Shown here one piece after another: positions 51,609 to 62,608 of a DNA stretch of 64,000 nt. The stretch is from Curvularia clavata (taxonomy: Eukaryota): contig CP089276.1 in the NCBI GenBank assembly GCA_023920165.1, positions 1,240,001-1,304,000 of the forward strand, in the 5' to 3' direction. The notes beneath the pieces are model-generated. The model was given only the letters and a program-made list of their open reading frames with translations, had not been told where the DNA came from and did not search any database. Each line of letters begins with the position of its first letter. Positions within the stretch are counted from its first letter, which is position 1. A program made the position numbers and the translations under genes.

Positions 51609-51955
51609 CGCGAATAACAAACTTGTGATGAATGTGCATAGCGGTGAAGGTGTTGGTGGTGACCGTGGCCCCGTAGCGCGTACATGCTCTACCCGCCGTT
51701 GCGTGACGAACGCGTGATCACGTGCATGTACTCACAAGCGTCTTCCGCCACCGGCAAATCCACGACCCCCTCCTACTAGTACACTCCGCCAACCTCTTCC
51801 CCACACGCTGTCGCAGCTCCCGCGTCCCACACGGTCAGCTTCCACTGTCCATCGGCTTAGAGCCGCCATGTCATGCATGTCGTGGCGGCACTTTGCAATG
51901 GGTTTATCTCTCTTTGAGACCCATTGAGTTTTATCCCCTCACAAGACTATTCATC

Positions 51956-53383
51956 ATGTTCCTGCTTCGACGTGCCCCACTACGTGCAATTCCACGGCTC
52001 TCGACTGTGCGTCCTCAGCGGAGACTGCTCGGTAGCGTCAGTGCAATTGATTCTGTAATCTTTCGCACTCTCTTCGGAACGGACGAGATTCGAAAGGTAT
52101 TTGACGACAAAGCATACATTGACCGATGCGTGGACGCCGAGACCGCTCTAGCCAGAGCACAATCAAAATGCAACGTTATTCCGTCCCACATTGGAGAAGT
52201 TGTGACATCGAAAGCAAGAGAAGCACAGTTAGACTATGATAAGCTGCGTCGTGAGACGGAAATTGTTGGCTATCCTATCTTCCCGTTGGTACGCCAGCTG
52301 TCTGCATCCTGTGGTGACGAGGCTGGACGATACGTGCATTGGGGAGCCACTACGCAGGATATCATGGACCTGGCAAGCATGTTGCAGATGAAGGAAGGTC
52401 TCCAGATCGTTGAACGAACACTCCGGTCCGTAATCAAGAACCTCGAGCATCTCTCAAAGAAACATCGGGACACTCCTATGGCCGGCCGCACACATTTGCA
52501 ACATGCCCTGCCCATTACCTTTGGCCATAAATGTGCTATTTGGCTTTCTGGTTTCCAAAGGCACCTCGAGCGTTTAGAGCAACTAAAGGAACGCGCATTG
52601 ATGGTGCAATTCGGCGGAGCTGCAGGTTCCTTGGCTTCGTTAGGATCAGGCGACGATGGAATTCGGGTCCGAAAGGAAATGGCAAAAGACCTTGGTCTCA
52701 CAGATCCCCCTATCACCTGGCATGTTGCGCGAGACGGCGTTGCCGAAATCACAAATTACCTTGCACTTGTTGGCGGATCACTGGGCAAGCTCGCCCTAGA
52801 CATCATCATCATGTCATCAAACGAGCTCTCTGAAGTATCGGAGCCCTTTGTACCACATCGAGGTGCATCGTCTACCATGCCGCAGAAGAGGAACCCCATT
52901 TCAAGCGAGGTCATTCTCGCAGCCTCGAAGATATTACGATCAAATGCCGGCTTGGTGCTCGATGGCATGGTGTCGGACTTTGAGCGTGCTTCCGGTCCAT
53001 GGCATCTTGAATGGGTCGCTGTGCCAGAGAGCTTCGTCATTGCTGTTGGCGCACTCAACCAGGCCGACTTTGCACTCTCTGGCCTGGTTGTCAATCCCAA
53101 GCAAATGCTCACTAATCTATACTCAACTAGGGGCCTGATTGTCGCTGAGGCTGTCATGATGGGCCTTGCTCCACATGTTGGTCGCTCAAAAGCGCACGAT
53201 ATTGTTTACGAGGCATGCAAAGAGAGCATCGAGAACGATACTAGTTTATTAGAAGCTCTCCAAACACGATCTGAAATCACCGACAAAATCTCAACCCAGG
53301 AGTTGAGTTCTTTGTGCGATGCCAAAAATTACCTTGGCTCATGCGGGCTCATGGTCGACGAAGTCTTAGCTGCTTCGAAGTAA
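51956..53383 (+). CDS. Fumarase/adenylosuccinate-lyase superfamily enzyme, PcaB (3-carboxymuconate cycloisomerase)-like, mitochondrial presequence
   Basis: Intronless. HWGATTQDI, GRTHLQHA and signature SSTMPQKRNP; Arg-rich N-terminus MFLLRRAPLRAIPRLS. Confidence 0.85.
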   Translation: MFLLRRAPLRAIPRLSTVRPQRRLLGSVSAIDSVIFRTLFGTDEIRKVFDDKAYIDRCVDAETALARAQSKCNVIPSHIGEVVTSKAREAQLDYDKLRRETEIVGYPIFPLVRQLSASCGDEAGRYVHWGATTQDIMDLASMLQMKEGLQIVERTLRSVIKNLEHLSKKHRDTPMAGRTHLQHALPITFGHKCAIWLSGFQRHLERLEQLKERALMVQFGGAAGSLASLGSGDDGIRVRKEMAKDLGLTDPPITWHVARDGVAEITNYLALVGGSLGKLALDIIIMSSNELSEVSEPFVPHRGASSTMPQKRNPISSEVILAASKILRSNAGLVLDGMVSDFERASGPWHLEWVAVPESFVIAVGALNQADFALSGLVVNPKQMLTNLYSTRGLIVAEAVMMGLAPHVGRSKAHDIVYEACKESIENDTSLLEALQTRSEITDKISTQELSSLCDAKNYLGSCGLMVDEVLAASK

Positions 53384-53833
53384 ATAATTCTAATCAACAT
53401 AGTCACAATACAAACAACTGCTCATCTACCGAACTCTGACGTGCAGTAAATCTTTCAACTCGTTGTCTGAGTCAGCGCTAAATTTAGGATAATGCTTCTG
53501 ATGAAAGTCAAGTGAAGACCCCGCAAGTGAGTTATGAGTCCCACGTTGTGGTTCCATCCACCAAGTAACGGGTAAGGGGCCCTGATCTCACTAGACCCAC
53601 TAACCAGGACATCCTTCACTCATTGTGGGTCTTTCCCAGCTCCGGTATCCCAGCTACCGAGGAGCTAACCCCGCTGCTAAGGGTAGGCCCCGCCGCCACA
53701 TCGTGCACAAGCCGATCATCTAGCGGCGGCAGATGTCGGCCTGCCGTTTCACAGCCATGGGAATTCAATATAAGACATCAGTTTTGACATAACTGATGCT
53801 AACATACTCATTAAAAACATTCCCATATCAAAC

Positions 53834-55647
53834 ATGATGCAAGACTTCAAGGAACGCAAACTTGTGACCGACCCACAGAAGGCATTTCACTTCACGGATC
53901 TCCAGCGGCTAAAGCCAACACGTGCAAACGACCCATACGACTATCAAACAGGATGGGGAAACCGGCATCAGTCTGAAGTCATTCCAGGTACACTGCCAGT
54001 TGCGCAGAATAATCCCCAAGAAGTCCGATTTGGCCTTTACACTGAAGGCATCACATACTCGGCGTTCGCAGCCCCCCGTGCGCACAACTTCAGTACTTAT
54101 ATGTATCGCTGCCGACCAGCGGCTGCTCACAGTATGTATCATCTCAAAAAGCTTATGAAGCCGTTGCTGATCTCTAATAGATGGCTACGTTCCTATCGAG
54201 TCAAAATCTAACATCACAAACTGCTTCCTCTCTATCAACCCCAAAGTAGAGACGCTTCCTGAGCAAGCTGAGTGGAGGCCATTCCCGTTGCCGAAAGATG
54301 ATGAGAAGATTGATTTTGCCGACGGTCTGCACACTCTCTGTGGAAGTGGCGATCCAAACATCAGAGAGGGCATTGCGCTCTATGTCTACATGATCAACTC
54401 AAACATGGAGCGGCGAGCATTTTGCAACACTGATGGTGACTTCCTCATTTGCGCACAGCAAGGTAATCTTGACATCAAGACTGAGATGGGAAAAATCTTC
54501 CTGCAACCTGGAGAGATTTGTGTCATCCAGCGTGGCATCAGATTCTGCCTTAACTTGGCACCTGGTACTTCGGCAGCACGGGGTTATATCACTGAGGTAT
54601 GGGGCTCCATGTGGGAGCTTCCAGATCTCGGCCCTCTTGGTGGTCATGGGCTGGCTAATCCTCGCGACTTCCTGTACCCGGTGGCTGCTATCGACGATGA
54701 GTTGCACGTCGACTGGCAAATTGTCAACAAGACGAATGGTCAGCTTGTAGCCATCCAGCAGGATCATAGTCCATTTGATCTCGTAGCATGGCACGGCAAC
54801 GTTGTTCCATACAAATACGACCTTACCAAGTTCTCGTCCCAGAACAGCACATCCATCGACCACACTGACCCTTCAATTTTCACAGTCTTGACCGCCAAAT
54901 CTCGCGACCCTCTGACACCATTATGTGACTTTCTGTGGTTCGGGCCACGGTGGGATGTTGCAACCAACACTTTCAGACTGCCGTACTTCCACCGCAACTC
55001 AGCTTCTGAGTTTTTGGCTTGCATTTACGGCCAGGGTCTTGGTCGTAGCGACGATTTCCAGCCTGGTGGAGGTAGCTTCGAGGGCAGTCACACACCACAT
55101 GGAGGCTTCCATGAAGGGTACCAGCATGGCATGCGTATCCATGAAAACCAACCCGAGAAAATTTTGACTGGTAAGTTTATTTCAAGACGATATAGAAATC
55201 AACATCTAACGCATTCTTAGATCAATTGACCATTATGATTGAATCGAGCCGTCTATTTCTTTTCACTGAGTACGCGCGCAAAGGCTGTGGAACAATCGAC
55301 ACACACGGCACGGACTATAGAGTCTGGGACAAACTACCTGTAAGTTTCCGTGTTACGAAACACTCCAGGCTTGTTCTAATATCTTATAGGATCGCTTTTC
55401 AAGCAACCAAAGAGCTCAAGAGCTGCTCGCTCGCATCAAAGAAGACAAACTTGCCGAGAAGCAGTGGCTCGCACCCTATTATTTCGGCGGATTCTCACAT
55501 GGTGCAAATACTAGCAGCACTGACGGAGTTCACCGAGAGGAGCTTGAGCCTTACCTCAGCGAAAAGGCAGAGGTGAACGGCATCAATGGAACTAACGGAC
55601 ACAAGGGGATTAATGGAACCAATGGAACAAACGGAATCAAAGCTTAG
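53834..55647 (+). CDS. Homogentisate 1,2-dioxygenase-like ring-cleavage enzyme (divergent paralog)
   Basis: Four exons. YQTGWGN..SE, PG.LP..QNNPQ, DGDFLI..QQG.L, ELPDLGPLG.HGLANPRDF, WHGN..PYKYDL, DHTDPSIFTVLT, PYFHRN..SE and TPHG. Confidence 0.9.
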
Positions 55648-55832
55648 GATTTATTGGCATTGGCGGAAATCTGTCATTTCAGCGTTTTGATATCTCTCTT
55701 CAGTTCCTAATATATTTCCTTAGCTAGATTGGCATGCTCTTAGCAGTCCGCAATGGAATTTGGCCCTATACCCGCACAATCAGCGGCAACGTAAACGTCT
55801 GTGCATGCATGCCCCAGAGTGTCCTTTTCCGA

Positions 55833-55853
55833 CCCCACAACCGGTATGTGGGG
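55833..55853. promoter_or_regulatory. Inverted pair of CCCCAC/GTGGGG boxes upstream of the family III CoA-transferase
   Basis: CCCCACA-accggta-TGTGGGG, 77 bp before the ATG at 55931. Confidence 0.45.
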
Positions 55854-55930
55854 CGAGGAATCTGGTGAAAGTTGGTGATGGACTTTCTTTTTAACATGGC
55901 AAGGCCCAGTTATGGATTTCTGTAGCCATC

Positions 55931-57607
55931 ATGTATACCTCTGGGGCGCTTGTGAGATTCGCGCCGCGTGTGGGCGTACGACACTCAACTGGCCAAGTTC
56001 TTGCGGCAAGATCATGTCAGTGGAGGAGAAGTATATCGAACCAGAGCAATGTAGATAAGCAGGCGGTTGAAAAGTTACCTTTGGCTGGTATCAAGGTATT
56101 GGATATGACGAGGGTTTTGGCAGGGGTATGTAATAAATATTTACATTAGGGCCTTTGAGGAACGTTCTTACTCACAACACTATACAGCCTTACTGCACAC
56201 AGATACTCGGAGACCTGGGGTAAGCAGCTCTGGCTTTCTATTCCAAAGAATACATCAATTGACAAGATAGCACAGAGCAGATATTATCAAGATCGAACAC
56301 CCAACACGCGGCGATGATACACGATCATGGGGTCCTCCCAACGCACCATATACCGATGGCATAGAACGCCAATTCCCAGGAGAAAGCGCATACTATCTTT
56401 CTGTAAGCCTCATCTTCCCTCTGACTGCCAACCATTCTAGTTCTCCCAGTGCCTCTTACTAAAACACTTCTCTTTTCCCCATGCAGGTAAACCGCAACAA
56501 GAAATCCGTCGGCCTCGCCTTCAACAACCCGAAGGGGACATCCATCTTACACAAACTCGTCGAGCAATGTGATGTTCTGGTTGAAAACTACCTCCCTGGC
56601 TCTCTAGCCAAATACAAACTCGACTACGCGACGCTCTCGAAAATCAATCCCTCGCTCATCTACGCTTCCGTTACAGGATATGGCCAGACAGGTCCTTACC
56701 GTGACCGGGCTGGCTACGACGTCATGGTAGAAGCGGAAATGGGACTCATGCATATTACGGGAGAGCGCGATGGTCCTCCTGTTAAGGTGGGCGTTGCGGT
56801 CACGGATATCATGACGGGCATGTACACAGCGATTGGGATACAAGCGGCATTATATTCGCGCAAGGAGACGGGGCTGGGCCAATGGATCGACGCGAGTTTG
56901 AGCGATGTGCAGGTTTCAGGGCTGGCGAATATTGCGAGTAGTGCTTTGGTGACGGGGAAGGGAGATAGTGGGCGGTGGGGTACTGCGCATGGTGAGTGTT
57001 GTTTTGATTTCCCTTGTTTTCCATTATATCTGGTGCGTGTATCGGAAATTTGGGTTTAGGGAGTATTCGTTCAGGGTTACGGAAGTTAACAGCATCAACA
57101 GCAACTGTAGTACCGTACCGCGCATACGCCACAAAAGACACAAACGTTGCCGTTGGCGGATGCAACGACCGCCTTTTCAAGATCCTATGCGACAAGCTCT
57201 CGCATCCGGAATGGGCTTCTGACCCGCGCTTCCTGACAAACGCTCTCCGTGTGCAACATCGCACCACGCTCGACGCCATGATCGAGGCGGAACTCAAGAC
57301 GAAGACTACAAAGGAATGGCTGGATATCTTCGAGGGAAGTGGGATGCCGTATGCGGCTGTCAACGACATCAAGGCGACAGTAGAACATGAACACGTGCTG
57401 GCAAGAGGCATGATTGAGGAGGTTGAGCATAAGGCTCTAGGCAAGGTCAAGTTGGTCAACCATCCAGTCAAGTACTCGAAGGCTGAGCCAAAGATTCGAA
57501 TGCCGCCACCACTGCTGGGCGAGCATACAGATGAGGTGTTGAGAGAGATATTGGGGTATAGGGAAGATGAGATTAAGGGGCTGAGAGATACAGGCATCGT
57601 TGCATAG
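55931..57607 (+). CDS. Family III CoA-transferase (CaiB/BaiF; SUGCT-like), mitochondrial presequence
   Basis: PLAGIKVLDMTRVLAG/PYCTQILGDLG/ADIIKIEHP, NRNKKS, VENY.PG, GYGQTGPY, catalytic VAVTD and PPLLGEHT. Confidence 0.92.
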
Positions 57608-59385
57608 CTTCATGGAATGGAACTTGTGCATGAAGCACATCGTTCTTTCTTTCCTCTTCTAAGGATTTAGATCTCTGTTTGGTCTACCGTTACAATCTAC
57701 ATGGTACTCTGCTCACCTACCTAATCAATATTTCTCCGACGCGTGGCCTTTGATCTCCGATCTATCGTCCTTCGGCCAAAACGCGGTGTCACATGTTCCT
57801 TCCCCTCTCTTTCCCCTTTCCATTGGGTCTGGAAATATGCTCACTCGGCCTTTCTTCGAGGCCTTTGAACCTTATCGTCGCCGTCAGCGTGTACGCGAGC
57901 ATGCCAATGTCATCGCGCCCCACATCCATCTTTACCGCCTGCTGACGCGCTAGCCCCACATACCTCTGCCCCTGCGATGGGTTAGACACGACCCTGTGAC
58001 CCCTACGATCAGCGGTGTCGCTCTATGTCATCGTGCAGTGCATGCGACGTGAAAGCATTGATGTTGGGTCTAAGGACAGTTTCAGGAGTATGTTTGTTGA
58101 GGTATCAATAACATTAGCTTTGCCTTTTCGTGACATTGCTTAGCCGGGCCGGTAGCTTGCCAGTAACCGTTAGGAGCTGTGGAAATAAATCAGCTCGGCG
58201 TTTTCAAGCATGTAAATGTTGCATTATCGGCGTTAAATCGAAACTTTGGCGCAGAACCGATCACCAGTCACACAGGTGTCAACCCTTGCCGTGCCTCTAA
58301 GTGTACTTAGCCAACGACAAATACACAGTTGAGAAACTGCATTTCGCGAAATCAAGGGTGGAGAACGACGAGACTGAGATGAGACAAGTTCATGTCTGGA
58401 TACCCTCCAAGAAGTGTTTTGCAAAGGCATCATGTTCTTCTTCTGATGGAATCATTTCATCGCCATGGGTAGTTGGCTTTTTCCAACATCAACGTCCAGG
58501 TACGGTCAGCAAAAACCGGTCTAGTGCAATAGTAAGAGTGTGACTTGGCATGCAGTGGCTTTGCAACTACTAGATAGCCTACAATATTGTGGCTGGTAGT
58601 GATCGTACTCACTAGGTGAACCGTAAGCCTGGCATTAACTTGACAGTGTGCCTCTTGCGTTGTCCCGACGCTCCAAGCCTTTGGCTAATGTGTCGGAAAC
58701 ATGGATGTGATGTGTGTAAATTTCCGACCTCCGATGTCCAAACGGGAAACCAACGGATATTCTATGTTAGCCGATGTCGAAAGTAGCAATTAATTTCATA
58801 GAAAGACCGCATCCAGAAGTGGCTATTGCCTCAACGAGACGGATAGGAGGCTTGTTGGTTCCAATTTGGTCAAAAATCCGGCAGTGCCCCATTGGTATAC
58901 CTACGCCTCACAGTCCCACATGCGAGATGATCCGGGGTTGAAGTAGGACAGAATCCTTCTAGACGTTGGAATTCGGAGTTGTAATTTTCAAGTTTTTTAT
59001 TCCCCCGCGACCCAAACGCTAACCCCGAATGCATCACGATCTTGAGAGCTTTGCGATGAGCTCGTACCATCTGGTAGGCCCGATGGTGTTATTGTGATAT
59101 CATGGCCTAGGGAGATGGCCAGGTGACGACCAGGCATGCGTGCAGCTGGGCTGTGACGGTTGAAGACTTGTTCAAGGGCGCGATGCAATCTTGATGGGAT
59201 ATTACTATCGAATAGTAGATGAGGTTGACATGAGCCTATAGTTGATGCATAGGCCGAGTCATGGCCTTGCTTCCCCCGCAGTCCATCATGGCTTGGCAAG
59301 CTAGCCAGTGGCTGCGGACACCGGTCTTCGAAGGGTCCTCCGATCACTCGTCTACACATCGAAAACATCACGACAACCACAGAAG

Positions 59386-62300
59386 ATGGCGCTGAAGCAA
59401 TGTAGCATGTGCGATCGAACCTTCACCAAGTGTATGTTACCTTCGACTGTGCGGCGCATGTTCATACTGACTTTCCTACTAGTGGAGCACGTAAAGCGCC
59501 ACGAGCGATCTCGTATGTCTGGCCCAGTTCTTGGACAGGATGCATGAGGCTTATATTTATCTAGACACGCGAGAGCGACCTTATGAGTGTCCGACATGCA
59601 AAAAGCATTTTTCGCGCAGGTGAGAGCCCTAAGAGGAGAAAAACAAAAGTCGCCCTGTCCAACCTCCAATCAGCGACGTCTTATTTCGCCATTGCAAAGG
59701 CCACGCGCAGAATGCCATGAACCGGATGAAGAACAATGAACAACAGCAAAACTCCGCGACAGATCAGAATCAGCGCAATAAGTCTCTGAATGATGGTCAA
59801 ATATCAAGTCCAGCCAGTTCGCGGCCAGCAATGTCACGCAACGGAAGCGGCCCGGCCTCAATGCCAGCACCATCAATCCACGACGACTCCAACTTTTCAC
59901 CCATGGCCAACAGGACAGATGCGCAAATGGCGCAAATGAATATGAGTCGACACTATAGCGCACATCTTTCGTCAACTTCCCACGGACGGCAACCGTCGTC
60001 GCGACTGCATCCGGCGTCGCCCGGCGAGGATCGTATCGAGGCGCTCATAAATGCGGCCCAGCATCTCGAGCCTGGGGTCGACACACCATGGCGATCGCCC
60101 TCACCCATGCTCATTTCCCGCAGTGAAAATGCACCGATGCAGAACCGGAACCATCACGAAAATATGGGACCGCCAATAGATCCAGCAATGGAAGTTTTGT
60201 CATTCTCGCCTGCAGCCCACGTCTCAAGCTTGGATCAATGGGCCTTTGAGCTCGTCCAGAGCAACAACCCAGTTCCCAACCGGACGCCAGCTGATGCACT
60301 GCAAACATGGCTATTTCCTCTAGAAAATGATGTACACACCCCGCAAGGACCGCATTCGCTAGGAGTAGGAGTCGACGGCTTTTTCGATTCTGAGACTGTC
60401 CGAGCGATGCAAGAGAATCAGGCGAGCCCGTCCGGCAGCAGTGTGTCCATTGCAAGCAGAGTGCCAAGAGAGCGGTTTCAAAGAGTCCAAAGTTGCTGGC
60501 CAGCACGGAATCGGAGATCTTCGCGTTTGATGCTAGATCTTTGGCAGAGTCTCATCTCGTCTGAATGCACTAATCTTCTCTCAGGAGATTCTGGGACAAT
60601 AGAGACACCGATCAGTGCAAGGGACAGGAAAAACTCGCGCTGGGGCCTGGATGAGGAATGCAGGATTAGGCTCCAGAGTGTAGTGAGAAGTCTACCGTCC
60701 TCAAATTTGCCGCGGTCGGAGTCTATTGCCGACACTGCATCATCCAGTGGTGATGCCGCTGGCAGTCCAGGTGTGGACAGCATTCAGTTTCCTCCCGCTG
60801 AAATCTTGGACATTGCATTAGAGATGTATCTCTACTATTTCCATCCTACTCTCCCAATCATTCACATACCGACTTTCTCGGCGAAGAGCGCACCGCGGCC
60901 TTTGCTTCTATGTATGTGTCTGATTGGATTGAGTATACTTGGGACAGCAGGCGCAGCCAAATTCGTCACGCGAACGTTTCCAGTAAGTGAAGCGAACGAG
61001 GAGACGTTGCAAATTCTAACATGAGGCATAGACTGTGCTACAGCTTGCTCTGGCCGAACTGCAATCGTTACCAGGGTCAGATCAGCCCCCACATAGGCAG
61101 ATGAGGATTATAGCTACCAGCTTACTAGCTCTTAACCTAGCTTCCATTACCGGCGTAAGTTATTGAAATGGCTCATCTAATATCATGCTAACCTCCGCCA
61201 AGCGAAAAAGCCGCATCGCGCAAGCCGAGAAGTTGTATACAGAGCTCATTGGTGTATGGAGTCATTTACACATAGAATTCAACCATGTCACTGACAAACA
61301 CAGTATGCCCAAAGCCAAAGCCTTTTCTCTGTAAACGAAGCGACCAAAGTAGAGCCACTCATAGATGAGATCATCGACATCGACGCCAAATGGAAAGCAT
61401 GGTCGAAAGTCGAGTGCAGCAAACGAATCATATTCGGCCTGATTGAGGCAGATTGTTGGTGGGCAGGATACCTCTCGACTGCTCCCATGCTACGCCCAGA
61501 AACCGTTCATGTCCTACCACCTTCTGATCACACATTATACCATGTGAATAGCGCTGCAAAGTGGTTTCATCTGGTGCAGCGAGGAGCAAGAATCCATTCG
61601 CAAAAGATCACACCGTCATTCCATCCAACACCTGGGTTGAAATTGGACACAAGTAGTTTCCGAGTTTTGCTAACACTCCTACTCCTCCGCATCTACGAGA
61701 GCAACGACCGCCTAGCCCCTGCGACAGGAAACCAGAAGCAGCTGGAGCCGTGGCGCATCTATGCCGAAGACCCACGAAGTCGCGATATCCTTCCCTTGTT
61801 GGTAAACCTTTCGAGCTCCTCCATCGACGCTGTCCGCACTGCAGATCTCAATTCGGCCGTTCTTTGGCATGCCTCTTGTATGCTTCTCGGCGCCAACCTG
61901 CGTTACTTCGAGCTCGCAGCTGGACGTGCGGGCCCTGAACCTGCCGTCAGCGCCCTTGACGACATTTCCGCCTGGACCCAAACGCCTAGCGCGCGCCGCA
62001 GCGTTGTACACGCCGCACAAATATTCAAGCTGCTTTTCGACCGCAAAGTTAGTGACATTGTCAACCCGCACAGCGTCGTCGCTCTCTTCCACGCTGCCCT
62101 TGTCCTCGGTCTGTACATATTCACCGTTCCGCCTCACCCCCAAACCTCCACCAACGGCAACTGTCCACCAAACGAGTCGTGCATCGAATTCCTTGACTTG
62201 GTGGATTGGCTTTCTGTCGGCCAGCTCGGTTTCATAGACACCCCGCAGTCTCCCGTCGGCTTCTCAGACTCCAGCGATGTAATAAAATTCATACGTCATG

Positions 62301-62608
62301 GCGGCCCATTCAGTATGACAGGCATCGTGCTAGAAGGCGGCTACCTCGCTGCCCGACGTACGCTCCTGCACTGTTCAGACCTCATGGAAGGCATGGGCCG
62401 CTGGAAGAGCCGTACTTTCAGCCAGATACTGCACATCATGAGCGACGACCTGACCGACTACGAAGGCCACAGCAACGACGAAGAGGAAGTGTCGGGTTAT
62501 GAAATGGATTTGCGGGATAACGACGATAGGGAAAGGACGAGAAGCGCGACTAGGCTAGGGCCGAGAGATGAAGGACAGCAGCAGCAGGAAGCGAGTCATC
62601 AGCTGTGA
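59386..62608 (+). CDS. C2H2 zinc-finger transcription factor with fungal-specific TF (MHR) domain
   Basis: Small exons splice to [49 protein letters not shown]. Later YFHPTLPIIHIPTF and W..W...E..KR. Confidence 0.9.

Noticed and set aside
51956..53383. Housekeeping adenylosuccinate lyase ADE13
   Set aside because: The signature is SSTMPQKRNP with HWGATTQD (PcaB-like), rather than the SSAM.YKRNP type of eukaryotic ADE13.
53727..53746. CGGCAG-N8-CTGCCG inverted repeat as a Zn2Cys6 site
   Set aside because: Single occurrence, not seen in other cluster promoters, and no Zn2Cys6 regulator in the window.
53834..55647. Canonical tyrosine-degradation cluster (hmgA)
   Set aside because: No HPPD, fumarylacetoacetase or maleylacetoacetate isomerase neighbours, and pocket residues are divergent; gene symbol withheld.
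37965..62608. Secondary-metabolite biosynthetic cluster
   Set aside because: No PKS, NRPS, terpene synthase or DMATS is present in the window, and the enzyme set (ring-cleavage dioxygenase, CoA-transferases, thiolase) points to catabolism.
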